The notes: generated by a model from the letters alone, not told the origin. 56,863 nucleotides of DNA, filler included, from Dugesia japonica (GCA_001938525.1; 5 parts of 5 records of this genome joined end to end with filler, not necessarily neighbours in it); one strand, 5' to 3'. Positions 11,571-25,440 are shown, counted from the whole stretch's first letter. Program-made: numbers and translations.

Positions 11571-12169
11571 TCTGCATTATTTTTAAAAAATAATTTTGCA
11601 AAAAACTTTTGAACAGACCAATTGATTATTGCTAGTCATTTTAACTATAAATAATTTAGTCATAGATTTCACATGCTTTAAAAAGGGTTATTTATATTTG
11701 GTTTATGCTTGGCTAACTTTTAGTTTTGAAATTAAATGTTTTGTTTAAATCATTATCTATTTCACTATCTAAATATCTACCACCACTTTCATTATTTATT
11801 TTTCTTGATTTTTTACTTATTGATTTATTTATAGTTGATGAGCTTTTTGATTTTGATAATGTTAAATTATTTCTTTTATATGTTAAACCTTTTTTTCCAG
11901 AATTTCAAAAGAATTGGTTTTAACATTAAAAATTTATTCACTATAATTATTTTTTATATATTGTTGAGATTTATCATCAAAAAAATATTTTACTCGGGGA
12001 TATCTTTTTCTCTCAGGTTTAAAATTTAATTCTCTTAAATTTTTATTTAATTTTCGAACACGTATTCTCATTTCTTTAGAAATAATGGAATCTTTTAAAT
12101 TTGGATCTTTAAAAATAATTTCTTTTTTTTGAGATTTATTTAATTTGGATTTTATCAGAGATTATGATA

Positions 12170-15100
12170 AATTGGTCTCTGAAAATCCAACCGATTCCAG
12201 AAAGAAAGCGGTAAACCATCTCCGATTTATGAATAAATATGACAACTCAGAGTATGAAGAATCCTTCTTCCGAGAATTTCAGGCAATTGAGAAAATTCTG
12301 TAGAATAAAAAACATGCTTCCTCGTAATAATGAAATATACAGATTTCTCTATCCAAAGATTAAAAAAGAAGATCATAAAATTGCATTGAATTCGGTTGCC
12401 TATTCTAATGTTGATCAATCTTCTACTCCGTTAACTTCTTACTTTAAATCAACTTGTCCGAAAAACAATGATGTTACTACAGAATTGAATAATACAGATT
12501 TGGACTTAATTAACTATCTGATTGCAAATTTTTCAATTACTGATACTGATACATTAATGACGTCTTAGACCTCACTGTCGGAAATTCTTACTCTTTCTTC
12601 TAAAAGGGTTTCTCAATCCTTAGCTTCTGAAATTTCTAAGCCATTATTTTTTGAGAATACCAAGGAAATATTTGAAAAAACGCTATAATAACTCGTAGTA
12701 AGGCTCAGAAACAAAATAACGCAAAAAATGAATCAGAAGAAACCTCTACTATTTATGATTACTCAGCAATGGTTAAATCGGATGCTGTTATTGATTTCAA
12801 GAGCAATTCTTGCAACAGCTCAATTGACTCAAAACAAATGCTTTACGGTTAGCGCCCACAGTTGCCCCCACAGTTGCCCCCACAATTGCTATGTCTTTGG
12901 CAACTGTGGTGAATCCTACACTCGATAAAACTTGGTTCAGTGCTGAACAAATTAATAATTTTATGGACGCTCACTTGAATGAATGTAGCTTTGTGCATAT
13001 TGATCCTTGTATTACACAGGTTGTTATTGCGAAGAGTGAAACCTATATTTCACTTGGCTGTGATATCGATAAACTTTCTGTTGCCTCAATTATTATTTCG
13101 GTTGTTAATCTCGCTAACCAACATTGGAACCTCTATGTGTTTGATAGATTCAAAAACATTGCGTAAAACATAGATCCATTAAAAAAACTTACAGACCTGA
13201 TCTTGTTATTGAATATGGTTTACATATAACTGCTAGTTTGAATATGGCCATAAATGACACTGTTGTGTTTATTGACAAAAATGAAATTGATAGACAGTTT
13301 CAACAAAACAGCTTTTGTTTGCAGTTATGCTACTAATTTCTGTGCAGAAAACCTTTTTTCGATCTCAATGTCTACATGGTAAGGAACTTTGTTCGCAAGG
13401 AAAAAGTAAATATTGGTCAAAGTTTTAATGATGGTGGTTGTGGTCCAATTGTTTCTTCCAAATTAGACTCAATTATTTCGATTATTGAAATCAATCAATA
13501 CAACATTTTAGGTTTTGCTTATAGTTTTATTCAAAATAGTGGTTGCTTTGTTGTTGATTCAACTCTGTCTAGTGTTAATGTAGATGACGACTAGGTTTCT
13601 GAAGTAGTTTCATTTTAAATGTTTCAAGTCTCACAATATAATTTTCTGCCATTTCCTGGCTTCTGATTTAAGATTGGTGCTGTTTGTTTTCGATCTTGAT
13701 GGCAAGATATCAAATCTTCTTGATCCTAAAGCCAACAATGGCGAAGTCGTTGATAACGAAGTTTCTAGTAGACTACATGTTTTCTTTTTCAGAATTTTGC
13801 AGAAGGAAAGATATCGTTTTGACTAAACCTCTTTTCAATTTAAGCACCTTTCAAAGAAACAACAATGAAAGTGGGCTCGTTGCTTATGGCTACATTTACT
13901 CTATTGCTCATATGAATAGATTTGATAAAGTGGATATTAGCAGCCTTAAATTAAAGTATTCTAATTTCATCAATAATAATTCTAATAGGAATATTAATAA
14001 AATTGGTTACAAACAAAATAAAGTTAACCTCATTAAAAAGAACATGAATAAATTTAATGAAATTCTTAAATTTGTCAAAAACAATGAAGGCAATATACCA
14101 AGGAATTCATTTTATAGCTTTATTCATTCTTTTCATAAAATTAAACAGAAAATTCTGAATTTTAATATTGGAGAACGTAAATGTAACCATCGCCCAGAGA
14201 TAGACCTTAACTTAAGTAATATTTTATACTATTCGAAAAAAGCAGTTTTTGAGTTAATTTAAAGTGGGGCTTCAGCTGACTGTCATCCGTCTAAGGAAGA
14301 TCTTGAAGCATACTTTATATTTAAAGTCGAGGCTGGACCATTGACTAATTGGAATTTATGTCCTACTTTGAAAACTGGAAGTGATAGTTTGAATTTTTTT
14401 GTCCTGAAATCAATGTAATCAAAGACATTTTTTCAGTATTTCTGTTTTGTCTTCTAGTATTAACAACATTACATGCCAGGATCATGAATCTGTTGATCCA
14501 AACTTACAAATAATTCAGTCTTTTTAACAAAATTATTGCTTCCGGTATTACTCCAGATAGTTGGAAAGTGTATTTGACTTTGATATCCAAGCCTGACAAA
14601 AATGATTCGTACCACTTTGTCTCGTTTTGGAGACCTATAGCCATGCTTGACTGTTTTTACAAGCTTTTAATGGCCTGTTTTGCATCTCAACCCTTGAAAT
14701 GGCCTCAGAATTTGAAATTTTTAGATGGTCTGCATAAAGGTGCTGGTTAATCAGATGGCTGTTCTTAGCGCAATTTATTGCTTTGATGTCTGCTAGATTA
14801 GCAAAATAGATATGTCACGTTTAACTTGCATATCGCCTTTTTGGACAAAGCTGATGCCTTCGATAGCATAACAATCAAGCGAATTCTTGGTTTGTTGACC
14901 CAGATGGGTGTCACTGAAAAGGCTACTAGTTTAATCAGAGCTCCCTATTCTGACTGCTTCAGCTATTTCATCTGCAATCAGGTTTCTACTAATCTTATTG
15001 TTAACAGAATTGGTGTTAGACCAGGCTGTTCTCTATCTATGTTGTTATTTAACATTAGCATTAATCCTATCATTACTGAGATTTCTAAAACTGAAGGTGA

Positions 15101-16900
15101 TGGTGTTAAATGTGCTGGTCATCCCATATTTTGTTTGGCATATGCAAATGATCTAGTACTTGTAGACTCTTCTAAGGCTAGCCTTCATTATATGGCCAAC
15201 GTCGCTGTTAAATTTGCAAATTGGTTACATTTTGATTTTCCGCCAAGCAAGTGCACTTATTTACCTTGTCTAATAAATTGCAAGCTTGCTCAAATTGCCA
15301 TTATTGGTTATCCCAAATCTGTTGAATAAAGTCTTTTATCGCTATCGTGGGGTCGATTTTAATCGTGAATACTTTCAAACACCAACGGAAATGTTTGATA
15401 AAGCAGCTAGGGATCTTGAGAAAACTTCAAATTCAGTTATATATCCTTAGCAGAAAATCCATGCGTATCGAATCTTTATTCATTCTAAGTTCTCGATCGC
15501 GTTCAATAACTTTAACATTCCGTTAGGAAAGTTTGATTGCAGTGAGTATAATGAAAATTAGATTCTTCTTCGTCCACGAGGTTTCGATAAAAGCATTCAA
15601 TCTAGCACTCAACAGATTTTATCTGTTCCAAATACTGCTACTTCTGACAATTTATTTAGTACCCGCAAACTTGGAGAAGTTGGGCTAACTTCTGCGAGAG
15701 ACGAATATTCTGTAAAATTTCTAGTTCAGACGTTCAAAATGTTTGCTTGCCCTGATAAAATTATACGGAATGTGGCTAACAACAATCTTGTCCATGTTGC
15801 GACTAAGCATCTCAAGCGTTTTAAATTGTGTTCCATAGATGAAGCACTTGATTGGCTCTCCATAGATACCACCAACTAAAATCTCATGTGTTAGTGGTCT
15901 AAGGTCGATGATGCAGTTGCTCATTTTTATAGATCGTATTAAATACAAATTAAGTTCAAACGGAACGAACTTGACATTTGTTAGCAGATAATAGATTGCA
16001 TTACAGAAGAAAATTATTTTATTTTCTTCAAGGACCGGAGAAGTCTGGACAAATTGCTACTTATTCTTTTGAGTTTGGTTCACATGAGAAAGTGGAGCAG
16101 TCTGTTGAAGGCAGGAAGGTAGTCAACTGCAATCAGTGCCTTACCTCTCTCAACTAAGCCACTATCAATATAGAAATCTGAAGGTTCATTCATAAGGCAA
16201 TAACAAGCACCATTCTTATAGGGAGCAATTATGGTATGCCTTTAAATGCTCTTTTCATCTCGAAACTCAAGCATATGATTTCTGTCATTGTGGTTCTTCT
16301 TCTTCATTTTGAATTCATCAAGACACAATGACGTGCTTGAGCTAATTACCAGCTTTGTTAGATCCAACACTAGCTCTAAGGTCATTATTGATTAGAATTG
16401 TGAATTTGTCAACAGAACTGATAGAATAGATCTTTAGATGATAAATTGCGAGACTTTGCGTATTATCCTTTTAGATGTGAAGATTCCCCATGACACTTCC
16501 AATAATATTAAACTAGCCAGAGATTAATAATAATAATAATAGTAATATCGTCAAATACACATCACAAAGGTAAATATCCTGGAAAATTTGTCTGAATATA
16601 AAGTTTTCCTTAAGACAATCGCAGTGTGATGTCTAGGATCTTGGTGTTCAGAAAATAAAAACCTGTTTTAAATCAGATAGGTTTTAAGGCTAGTGTGATT
16701 AAGAAATTTGCGTTGATATCGATTAAAAAAATGCATTGTCTGATCGTGTAAAAATTTTCGCTTCCATAACGGACAAGCTGGTGCTATAGACAATTCTGCT
16801 AAAAAAATGTGGAATTGCTTATGGCAGTGAGTCTGAAATGGTAGAATTGAAATAGGGTCCTAAATTTTGCGTGTTTTCTGATCTTTCTTTGTTTTCTATT
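12170..16900 (+). mobile_element. NeSL/R2-group non-LTR retrotransposon (Ulp1-like protease, RT, restriction-like endonuclease), near full length, decayed
   Basis: Protease: WFSAEQINNFM..NQHWNLYVFD..QQNS. RT: WRPIAML, AFLDKADAFDSI, GVRPGCSLSMLLFN, LAYANDL. Also P*QK, RHNDVL, RIDL..LDVKIP, KY, CLGSW. Confidence 0.9.
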
Positions 16901-17040
16901 CTTTTTGTTTTTTATGTTTTCTTGCAGAATCTCCACTGGCCAAACCGGGACTCGATTAATCTTGGGGAGAGATTTCTGGTCCGAAAAATGAACATTGGAT
17001 ATCGTGGCGTGTGGTTTTGGGTTTGATTCTTATGATTGTC

Positions 17041-17920
17041 CATTTATTTTACACTTTGTTTTTCAGATTTCGTAAGTCTCATGTAAAGTTTGACGATTTT
17101 AGATTATGATATTCAGAATCAGTTGAAACGTTTCTATCTAATAGATACTTTGATGTTCAAATTTGAGTTACTTTTTATTTTTTCAAAATTTGATGGTTCA
17201 TCATTAGAAACTTTAATAAGAGCAACCCATAATAAGTACTTGATTTTAATTTATTTCGTCAATAATAAATAAATTTTTATCCGTATTAATAATGATATTT
17301 GAAATATTTTTATTGGATGTTTAGTCAATTGGTAAGTATTTTCTTTTACAACTCATCAGTTCAAATACAATGAATGATCATTTATTTTACACTTTGTTTT
17401 TCGAATTTCACAGGTCTCCTATAAAAATTGACGATTTTAGATGTTGATATTTAGAATCAGCAAAACACCTTGATCCTTAAATTTGAGGGACATTTTAATT
17501 TTTTCCGTCTAATATCATTGGTCCTCGGGGACTCCCAAGTTAAGTACATGTTTTTTCAATAACATTTTATCTATAACGTTTGATGATTTGAAGTTTACAT
17601 ATTAAATAGATACCTCTTTGACCAATTTTAAGATAATTTTTCAATTTTCAAAAAAAGTTATCAAATCCTGGAGGAGAGCTAAATATCTTTGTTAAGAAGC
17701 TTTTTTGTTGAGAGGATATTTAAACTTTGTACAGTCACCTTTCCTCTTGAGAAAAATAACACCAAATTTAAAAGCATACGAGTCAGGTACGCAGAGAAAA
17801 TCGAGCACTTATAATCAAAATTTGAGATTTTTCATCACAAAACCACATTTATTTCATCCCGGATAAACTTTGGTTATTTTAGATTTATATATTTGGAATC
17901 AGCGAAAAATTGTGTCTAAT
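17041..17920 (+). repeat. Dispersed degenerate direct repeats of about 80 bp (non-autonomous DNA element interior)
   Basis: catttattttacactttgttttt..gacgattttagat..gatatt.agaatcag at 17041 and about 17378; partial third copy near 17865. Confidence 0.6.
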
Positions 17921-18633
17921 AGACATAGTTATTTTATGAAAGATGAGAAATGTTTTTTTCAAAAATTATTTATTTGTGAAAAATATTCTCCATCGAATTC
18001 TACATCGATTGATGTAAAAATCTCGAAAAACAATTTTTTCAAAGATTTTCAAAATTTCAGATGTTTTTCTGGATTCCCATAAAAATTTATTTAAACAAAA
18101 ATGACTTAATTTCACTAATTTACCACAAAAATTTAATAGAATTTTAAAAAACTTGAAAATTTAAACAAATTTGACTTGTTTCATCAATTTACGTAAACAT
18201 GCAGCCCAAACTAACCAATCCCGAGGAAAGATTTGACCAAACTGCCTTAACCTAGTAAATAATTGACTCCAAAAGATTACCCAAATTTTCCAATACCCAG
18301 GGAAAATTAAACGTAATTCACCGGAAACAACCAAAAATCAACCTTATTCGATCTTGTTAACTTGTCCGCGGACATAAGTTAAAAAATTTGCATAAGATTT
18401 ATCAAATATATTATTTAAAGTTTGAATAAATTTTAATGAAATTTATAATAAACATATTGAACACAGTCTATATTTTATTGAATTTCCATGACTAAATAAA
18501 ATCAATGTATGAATTATTAAACTTTGTATATTTATTGAATTTTCTATATATTCTTAATTTGAATTTTCTGTCTTAATTAAATTTGTATGTATTTATACTT
18601 TTAACGAAAAAGATAATTTTTCGTGTCACTATA

Positions 18634-18661
18634 TTCACCTAGCGCAATGGTGGGCAACTAG
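18634..18661 (+). mobile_element. Possible Helitron 3' end
   Basis: Imperfect GC-rich hairpin ttcacc..ggtggg followed by caaCTAG-t. Confidence 0.3.
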
Positions 18662-19366
18662 TGTGTCGAAAATTTGAATAATAAAAGAAACAAAACAAAA
18701 TTTTGATCGAAGTTTATATTTTAATGAAGACATAATGAATCTCAAACTAAATTTATAGCAATAGACTGAAATAAAATTAAGAAATAAATAATATTAAATG
18801 AGCTCGAAGGTATAATTCAATTTAATATAAAATAATTCAATTTTAGGTTCTGGAAGCAAAAAACAAACATTTGTTAAATAGTAAGAGATGGGACAAAATG
18901 GATTTTACTCTTAATACAAGATGATACAATTTCAAAGAAGTAAATTAACGACAAAATTTTCATTAAATGTAATTAATTTTAAAGTGAAATTAAATATACT
19001 CCAAACTAAATCATAATTTTAAACAGACATTGTAAATAAATTTTTGATTAATCGAAGAAATCGTAATTACTGATTACAAGTAAATTAGATATTACTTGAC
19101 GGTAGAAATGTGATGAGTATAAATATTTAAAAATAAAAAGTGGAATCGTATTATCAAATAAAAAAACATTTGACAGGTTATAACTACATCATAATGAACT
19201 GTATCAATTTTCTGATCGAGAATTCTCTAATGACACTTGACAGTGGGTTTCACTTCAACATTTATAAAATTCATATTAATACAATCAGAAAACAATTCAT
19301 ATCAAATTACTTTTCTCAATAATTTCTTATTCTAATTGTTTGTAGTTGTTTGATAATATTGGGGCT

Positions 19367-20289
19367 CCCCACAAGAGTTACGATTGTTTCCAAACCAAAT
19401 TGATGTAATTTCCACATAATCTCTTCTTTAACTTAGTTTTAAAATTAGATAAGGTTCCAGATTCCAATTATAGGAAATAAGAATCAAAACAACTTAATTT
19501 TATTTATTCAATAAAAATGATAAAATGTTTTTATTTTAATTCCTGGAAAAAATATTTATTCGATTTAAAAATTATAAATTTGAAAACAAGTTTGTCTATA
19601 ATTATTTTATTAGTGAATAATAAAATTTAAAAAACTACGTTTTCTTTATAAGAAAATTTAATATCTTGAGAATAATTAAAACCGACTATTTATAGAATTA
19701 AATACAGACTAAAATACTCAAGCGAGACATCAGTTTAATTCTGGGTGATGAAAATCTCATTTTGAACATCAAATAGTAAATATTTTTCCATAATTGATAG
19801 ATGTTTGATTAATATGATGTAATTCATATAAATGAATGAATTATGTCTAACTGCAGAAGTGGGTTTGACGTTGATTTAAGAAATTAGAGAAATAAGAAAT
19901 TAAATGAAATTAACCTCCTTTATTAAAAGTATATTGCAAGTAGGTAGATCCTAGCGCACATAGCCACCCCTCCCCTAAAATGGCTCATTATAGTCGATTC
20001 TGATTGGCTAAACCATTTCAAGGTTGAATATTCAAGGTCAAAGTGGCTCATTATACTCAATTCTAATTGGTGGAATATATCAAGGTCAAATAAATATAGT
20101 TCAAGGTTAGATGAAAGTAGGTCAAGGCTATTCCCTTGGCAACTGTCATCCTACATAATGAATCTTTTATAAGGTTTTATAGTCTTATAAAATATTATCG
20201 AACTTATATTAGGTTTTTTATCACATAATAAATTAATACACATACAATTACATCAATTTGGTTTGGAAATAATCGTAACTCTTGTGGGG
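19367..20289. repeat. 44-bp inverted repeat pair (19367-19410 and 20246-20289)
   Basis: ccccacaagagttacgattgtttccaaaccaaattgatgtaatt versus its reverse complement with one mismatch; the right copy is followed by TTAA. Confidence 0.85.
19939..20160 (+). mobile_element. Probable Maverick terminus (AGTAGGTAGAT...)
   Basis: AGTAG start, GC-rich subterminal block, 63-bp-period duplication and repeated TCAAGGTCA-like motifs. Confidence 0.55.
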
Positions 20290-20763
20290 TTAAATATGTT
20301 TAAAAATGGTATGAGTCATACATGTAAAACATAAATCCAAGTCAAGCAAAGATATTGCAATACGAGAGCAACTAGAACAAAGACCATGAGTCATACTTGG
20401 GCAAGTTAACAAAGACATTATAGGTTTGCAAATAGGTATACAAAAGGTTGAATATTATGTAACAGTAAGGTTTGTATAAGGTTTTCATATAATAATTAAA
20501 TGAATTTAATAGAGCTTTATATGGTTGATATATTTTAATATGGTTTTTATGATTTAATAGGCTTTTCTAAGGTAATTATAGAGTCATTGTAAGTTTTTAT
20601 AAGGTAAATATATGGTTATTATAGGTTTTTATAAGGTAATTATAGCGTTTCAATAGAGTTTTATATGATTGATGGGTTTTATATGTTTCTATGGGGTATT
20701 TATGTAGTTTTATTTGTTATGATATTACTGTTTCTTTATAGGTTTTTTTTTGGAATTATAAGA

Positions 20764-20900
20764 CTTTTATAGAGTAAATACAGGGTTTTATATATTCTCA
20801 TTATGCTTTTATAGAGTAAATATACGGTTTGATATATTCTTATTATGCTTTTATAGAGTAAATATACGGTTTGATATATTCTCATTATGCTTCTATAGAG
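20764..20900 (+). repeat. 42-bp tandem repeat, about 3 copies, within a degenerate low-complexity tract (20440-20980)
   Basis: Unit cttttatagagtaaatatacggtttgatatattctcattatg. Confidence 0.85.
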
Positions 20901-21004
20901 TTTAATATGGTAAATATATATGTTTTATAAGATAATCATAGGTTTTAGAATAATTATATGCTTCTATATGAGCTTATTAAACAATTGTTTTAAAATTACA
21001 AATT

Positions 21005-21190
21005 TTTAATAAACCTTTTTCACTTGCTAATCTTTTGAAGCAAATGTTACATGTGTATCGTGTACCGATCTTGCACAGGTTCGAGATTGGATATGCGACG
21101 ACAACCCTGCGTTATTTATAAACGTCTTGTTACAAACAGGACATTTAAAATCGATTGTTAAAGTGCATTGATTTCCACTAGTGATATTCA
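21005..21190 (-). pseudogene. Two zinc-finger remnants
   Basis: FKCPVCNKTFINNAGLSSHIQSRTC, then after a frameshift RYTCNICFKRLASEKGLLK. Confidence 0.65.
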
Positions 21191-21239
21191 TTTGATAGAT
21201 AAATAATTTGGTTGTATAAAAAAATAACTACCTTAACTA

Positions 21240-22995
21240 TAAAATAACTATCTGATTTTGAAAACTGACATCTAATTTGGAATTTTCATGAATGGTGAAA
21301 CTCTCAAATTTTTGCATTGACTTGGAGACAGAAACCGAATTTGTTGTGCTTGAAGACGACTGTAAGATCACAGTGTTCAGCAAGATGTTTAATACTGTTT
21401 CTGAATTTTGTACACCATGATTTGATACCATTCTCTCGGTCTCCTTTATTCAGCCAATCCATCATCGCAGCATAATTTGAAGTGAAATCCATTTTAAGGT
21501 CTTCTTGAACGGCTTTAGACAAGCTTCATAAGTTGATACCAGTAACAATAGGATCACTACAAGTAAAGGTACTGAATTTATGAACAATAGCTTGAATAGC
21601 GTATTCGTCTCTATCTGATGTTAGATCAAGTCCACCAATATCTGAAGGAGAATATAAGTACGCTGTGGAAGCGTTGAGTGGAAGACCGCAAATCTTTTTC
21701 ATCCTTTTACTGACTTCAAAATCGAGACCTTTGCTAAAGATTGTGTTCTTGACTTCATGATGGCCATAATCTGAGAGTTCACGATTCGGAATGTTAAAGT
21801 TTCGAAAGGCAAAAGTGAATTTTCAATCTTTTGCCAAGGAAATAGAATTTAATCTATTAATTTGTCAAAGTCAGCAATTGCTTCCTTAAAGAGCTTTTCC
21901 GGTGAGTTTTTGAAACCTTTGCTAATATCGTTACCTAAATATCTATACTTATCCATATAAGTTATGTTTGGGATAGCTGATTTGTTGATGAGAATGACCT
22001 CTGATCGATCAAATGTGGCCATGTGTCCGCATTTAGAAACATTGAAGGACATACCACCCCAATTGGTCCAAACGTTCGCAGTGTTGACCATAGCTTGAAG
22101 ATCTGCAAGATTTTCGGCAATCAAGGTAATGTCATCAGCATAAGTCAAACATTCAACTCTATAGTTACGTATACGGGCTCCAGCATTACGAACAAGAGCG
22201 GATTCTGTGAGAACAGAATTGAGACCGATACTAAAGAGAAGCGTAGATAGTGGGCAACCTTGACGGACTCCTCGCTTTATTACAATAGGTGAAGTGATAA
22301 TATTAGCGCAGATAAAGAAAGATGAGCAATCACCATAGAATTTTTCGATTAGATTGGATGAAGATGTTTCCATACCCATGAGTCTAAGAATACTCGTAAT
22401 ATGACGAATAGGAATGCTTCTAAAGGCATCAGAGATGTCTAAGTAGGCCATATGAAGAAGCTTCTTTCATCCATATTCTTCGAGCATACACCTGAGGATA
22501 TAATTGTGTTCAGTACAACCTTCAGATCTTCCAGTGCCTTTTTGCAGAGGGAACGATAGATTATTAACATCAATCCAATTCTCAATCTGTTTAGCCAAGC
22601 ACGCAGTAAAGAGTTTATAGGTACACTCAAGTAAAGCAATTGGCCTCCAAGAATCAATTTTGTNATAATGTCCTTCTTTATCANGTTTAGAAATTAGCAG
22701 AGTGGAGTAAGATTTCCATCTCTTAGGAATAATTCTTGTTTTGATGATTCTGTTAAAGACACAATAATTCTGCTTGGGGATCGCAATATTTAATGTCTCT
22801 ATAAGCAACATTACTGATACATGGGCTACTGTTTGGCATAGAGTTGAGAATTTGGATAAGATCGCATTGGTCGATTTCTTCAAAGTTTAAACTTGGACCA
22901 AGGCGAATTCCAGGATTATTATTTCAATCAGTATCTGGTGGATCAAAAGATTTTAATCCAAAAAAATTTTGAATAATATCTTTAGTTGGAGAGGT
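21240..22995 (-). mobile_element. Second R2/NeSL-group non-LTR retrotransposon, RT region, truncated at both ends
   Basis: WRPIALLECTYKLF, QKG..EGCTEHN, YLDISDAF, RGVRQGCPLS, YADD, FNVSKC, YRYLG, PWQK, YLYSPSDIGGL. Confidence 0.92.
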
Positions 22996-23899
22996 ACTGA
23001 CCTTAGGGTATCTCTATTTCAATATACTTTCCTAATAATTATGAACATTCTTTCTATAAATGCGAAATGTTCATTAAAAAATAATAACAAACTTACTAAC
23101 ATAAAATTTTTTTAAATTAATTTTTTTAGAATTTTTATGCATGACTATATAAATAAACATTTTTAATTTATAAATTTATAAAAATTTAATTAATAAATAT
23201 TTTATCTTTTTGTTAATTTTATTAAAAACATATTTACAAATATAAATAGAAAAATAAAATATTCTATACCCTCCTTTATTTTAAAAATAAAAAATTTAAC
23301 TTTTAGCTACTTACTATTCTAAGTAGAATATTTTCTAACTTTGTAAAATATCAAAAATAATAATATTTTCTAAAAATCAAAAAATTTCAAAAATAATTAT
23401 ATTTTCTAAAAATCAGAAAATTTAAAAATTTTTATTTATAATTACAATTATTGTGAGAATAATTGTTGGACTTAACCATTGATCGGATTTGAGACTTCAT
23501 TAAAATAANNNNNNNNNNNNNNNNNNNNNNNNNNNNNNNNNNNNNNNNNNNNTTAATTAATTAANNNNNNNNNNNNNNNNNNNNNNNNNNNNNNNNNNNN
23601 NNNNNNNNACGAATATAATTTATATAATAACGATATTAAGGTCATATAAGGAATTCATATAAGTTTATTATAATTTGGATTGACCCACTTTCGTCAATAA
23701 ACTAATAACTCACGCAACTGCTGATTTGCTTTGGCAACAATCCCCAAAGCATCTCAACATATTCGAATAATTCGGTAAACTATTCAAAAATACGAGCAAA
23801 AATTATGTAATACACATAAATTTACTCGTCCATTAAAAAACCGATAATTCGGTTAACTTTTCATAAAATACGAGAAACAATTACGTAATGCACACAAAT

Positions 23900-24008
23900 G
23901 TGTGTCGTCGGGTATTTACATTGGAAAAGTTATGTAATAAATTTGTCACACGGGAGGGGGGGTTCTACTGAATGTGTGCGTGGTGCGGACTGCTACTATC
24001 TATCTACT
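23900..24008 (-). mobile_element. Probable Maverick terminus
   Basis: Minus strand reads AGTAGATAGATAGTAGCAGTCCGCACCACGCACAC..CCCCCTCCC, the same architecture as 19939. Confidence 0.55.
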
Positions 24009-25310
24009 ATGTTCCTGTAAATTTTAAATGATTTCAAAAATTTTCTAGTAAATTTTAGAATTATTTGTGCGAACGGTACCCATATATTGCAATAATAATG
24101 CGAAACTGGATGAGTAATCCAATTAAAACCGTCTATAAATAGTCCACTAAATAAATCATCTCTAAATTGGTGTTCCTCGAAAGGTAATGCGTTATCGATA
24201 GCTTTCTAGTCTTATAAATGAAAATTTTAAAAAATGCTTGAATAATTAAATTTTCACTTAATTTCATTGTTTCTATAGACCCGTATAATATAATTTTATA
24301 ATATGTCATGTTATATATATTATTTTTAGAACAAATTAAAGGGATATTTTTATAAAATGTTTACGAATATCAGTTTAAATTTTATATATTTATTAATAAA
24401 ATTTATTAATATATTTATACTGATTTTTTCGTTCTGCGAATATGTTTTTTGATCAGAATTGATTAATTGATTTCTGAAATATTACATAATTATAAATATA
24501 ATTTGTAATATTTATTAAAATGTATAAATAAATAAAATTAATAATAATATTTCTTATTATAGATAATAATATTTCTTATTCTTAAACATAAACATTAAAA
24601 AAATAATTGCATTTTTTGAAAATAAATATTTAATAAAATATATTTTAAAGCTAACGCATGTTATCTATTTTAATATTAAGTTAAACGTGAATTTTTTGTA
24701 ATTAATAAATAAAAATAAATTGAATAGTATGTAAATTATATAAATTTAAATTTAAATATATATTTCGTAATTTCATTATTTAGAAGATTTAACAAAGTTT
24801 CAAATCTAAAATATTTGAAATACATATTTTCTATATGAATATGAAACGTTATAAAATTAATTAAGTTAAATTAAGTTAACATACTTTGGAATTTAAATAT
24901 ATAATTTGAACAAAATAATTTAATTACTTTTGTTTAAATTGATTCTTTATCTTTGGGAAATCATCAGATTTTTCACTATGAACTTTGTTTTACAAATATA
25001 AAAATAAACAAATAAATAACCTATATTTTCTTCGTTTCCCAGGATAATCATCAGAAACATAAGATTGAAAATCATGTGCTTTCTTAATTTTTATATTAAT
25101 CATTAATAAAACAGATGGAAAAGTTAAATGAATTGGAATAAATTATTTATCATTAATGGAAATAATTAAAAACAGAGATTTTAGACAAGTCAGATCTTGA
25201 GAAAAATTAGAATAATAAAAGATTTTAAATATAGAAAACCAACTAAACAAAGATACATGTATAATTTAGAAAAATATAGTTTTGAAAAATATACCAAAGA
25301 TGATTATTAC

Positions 25311-25440
25311 AATTACAATTATTGTGAGAATAATTGTTGGACTTAACCATTGATCGAATTTAAGATTTCATTGAAATAAAGAAAAAGGTTCGATCAAAAT
25401 AAAATGTATTTGTAAAAAATTTCAAATTTTCGACAATAGT
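25311..25440 (+). repeat. Multicopy sequence also at 23440-23508 and 41082-41152
   Basis: aattacaattattgtgagaataattgttggacttaaccattgatcg is shared with 23440. ttcatt.aaataaag.aaa..ttcgatcaaaataaaatgtatttgtaaa is shared with 41082. Confidence 0.8.

Noticed and set aside
19939-24008. 19939 and 24008 as the paired TIRs of one element
   Set aside because: The sequences diverge after about 11 nt, flanks (attgca/atgttc) do not match, and a spacer lies between them.
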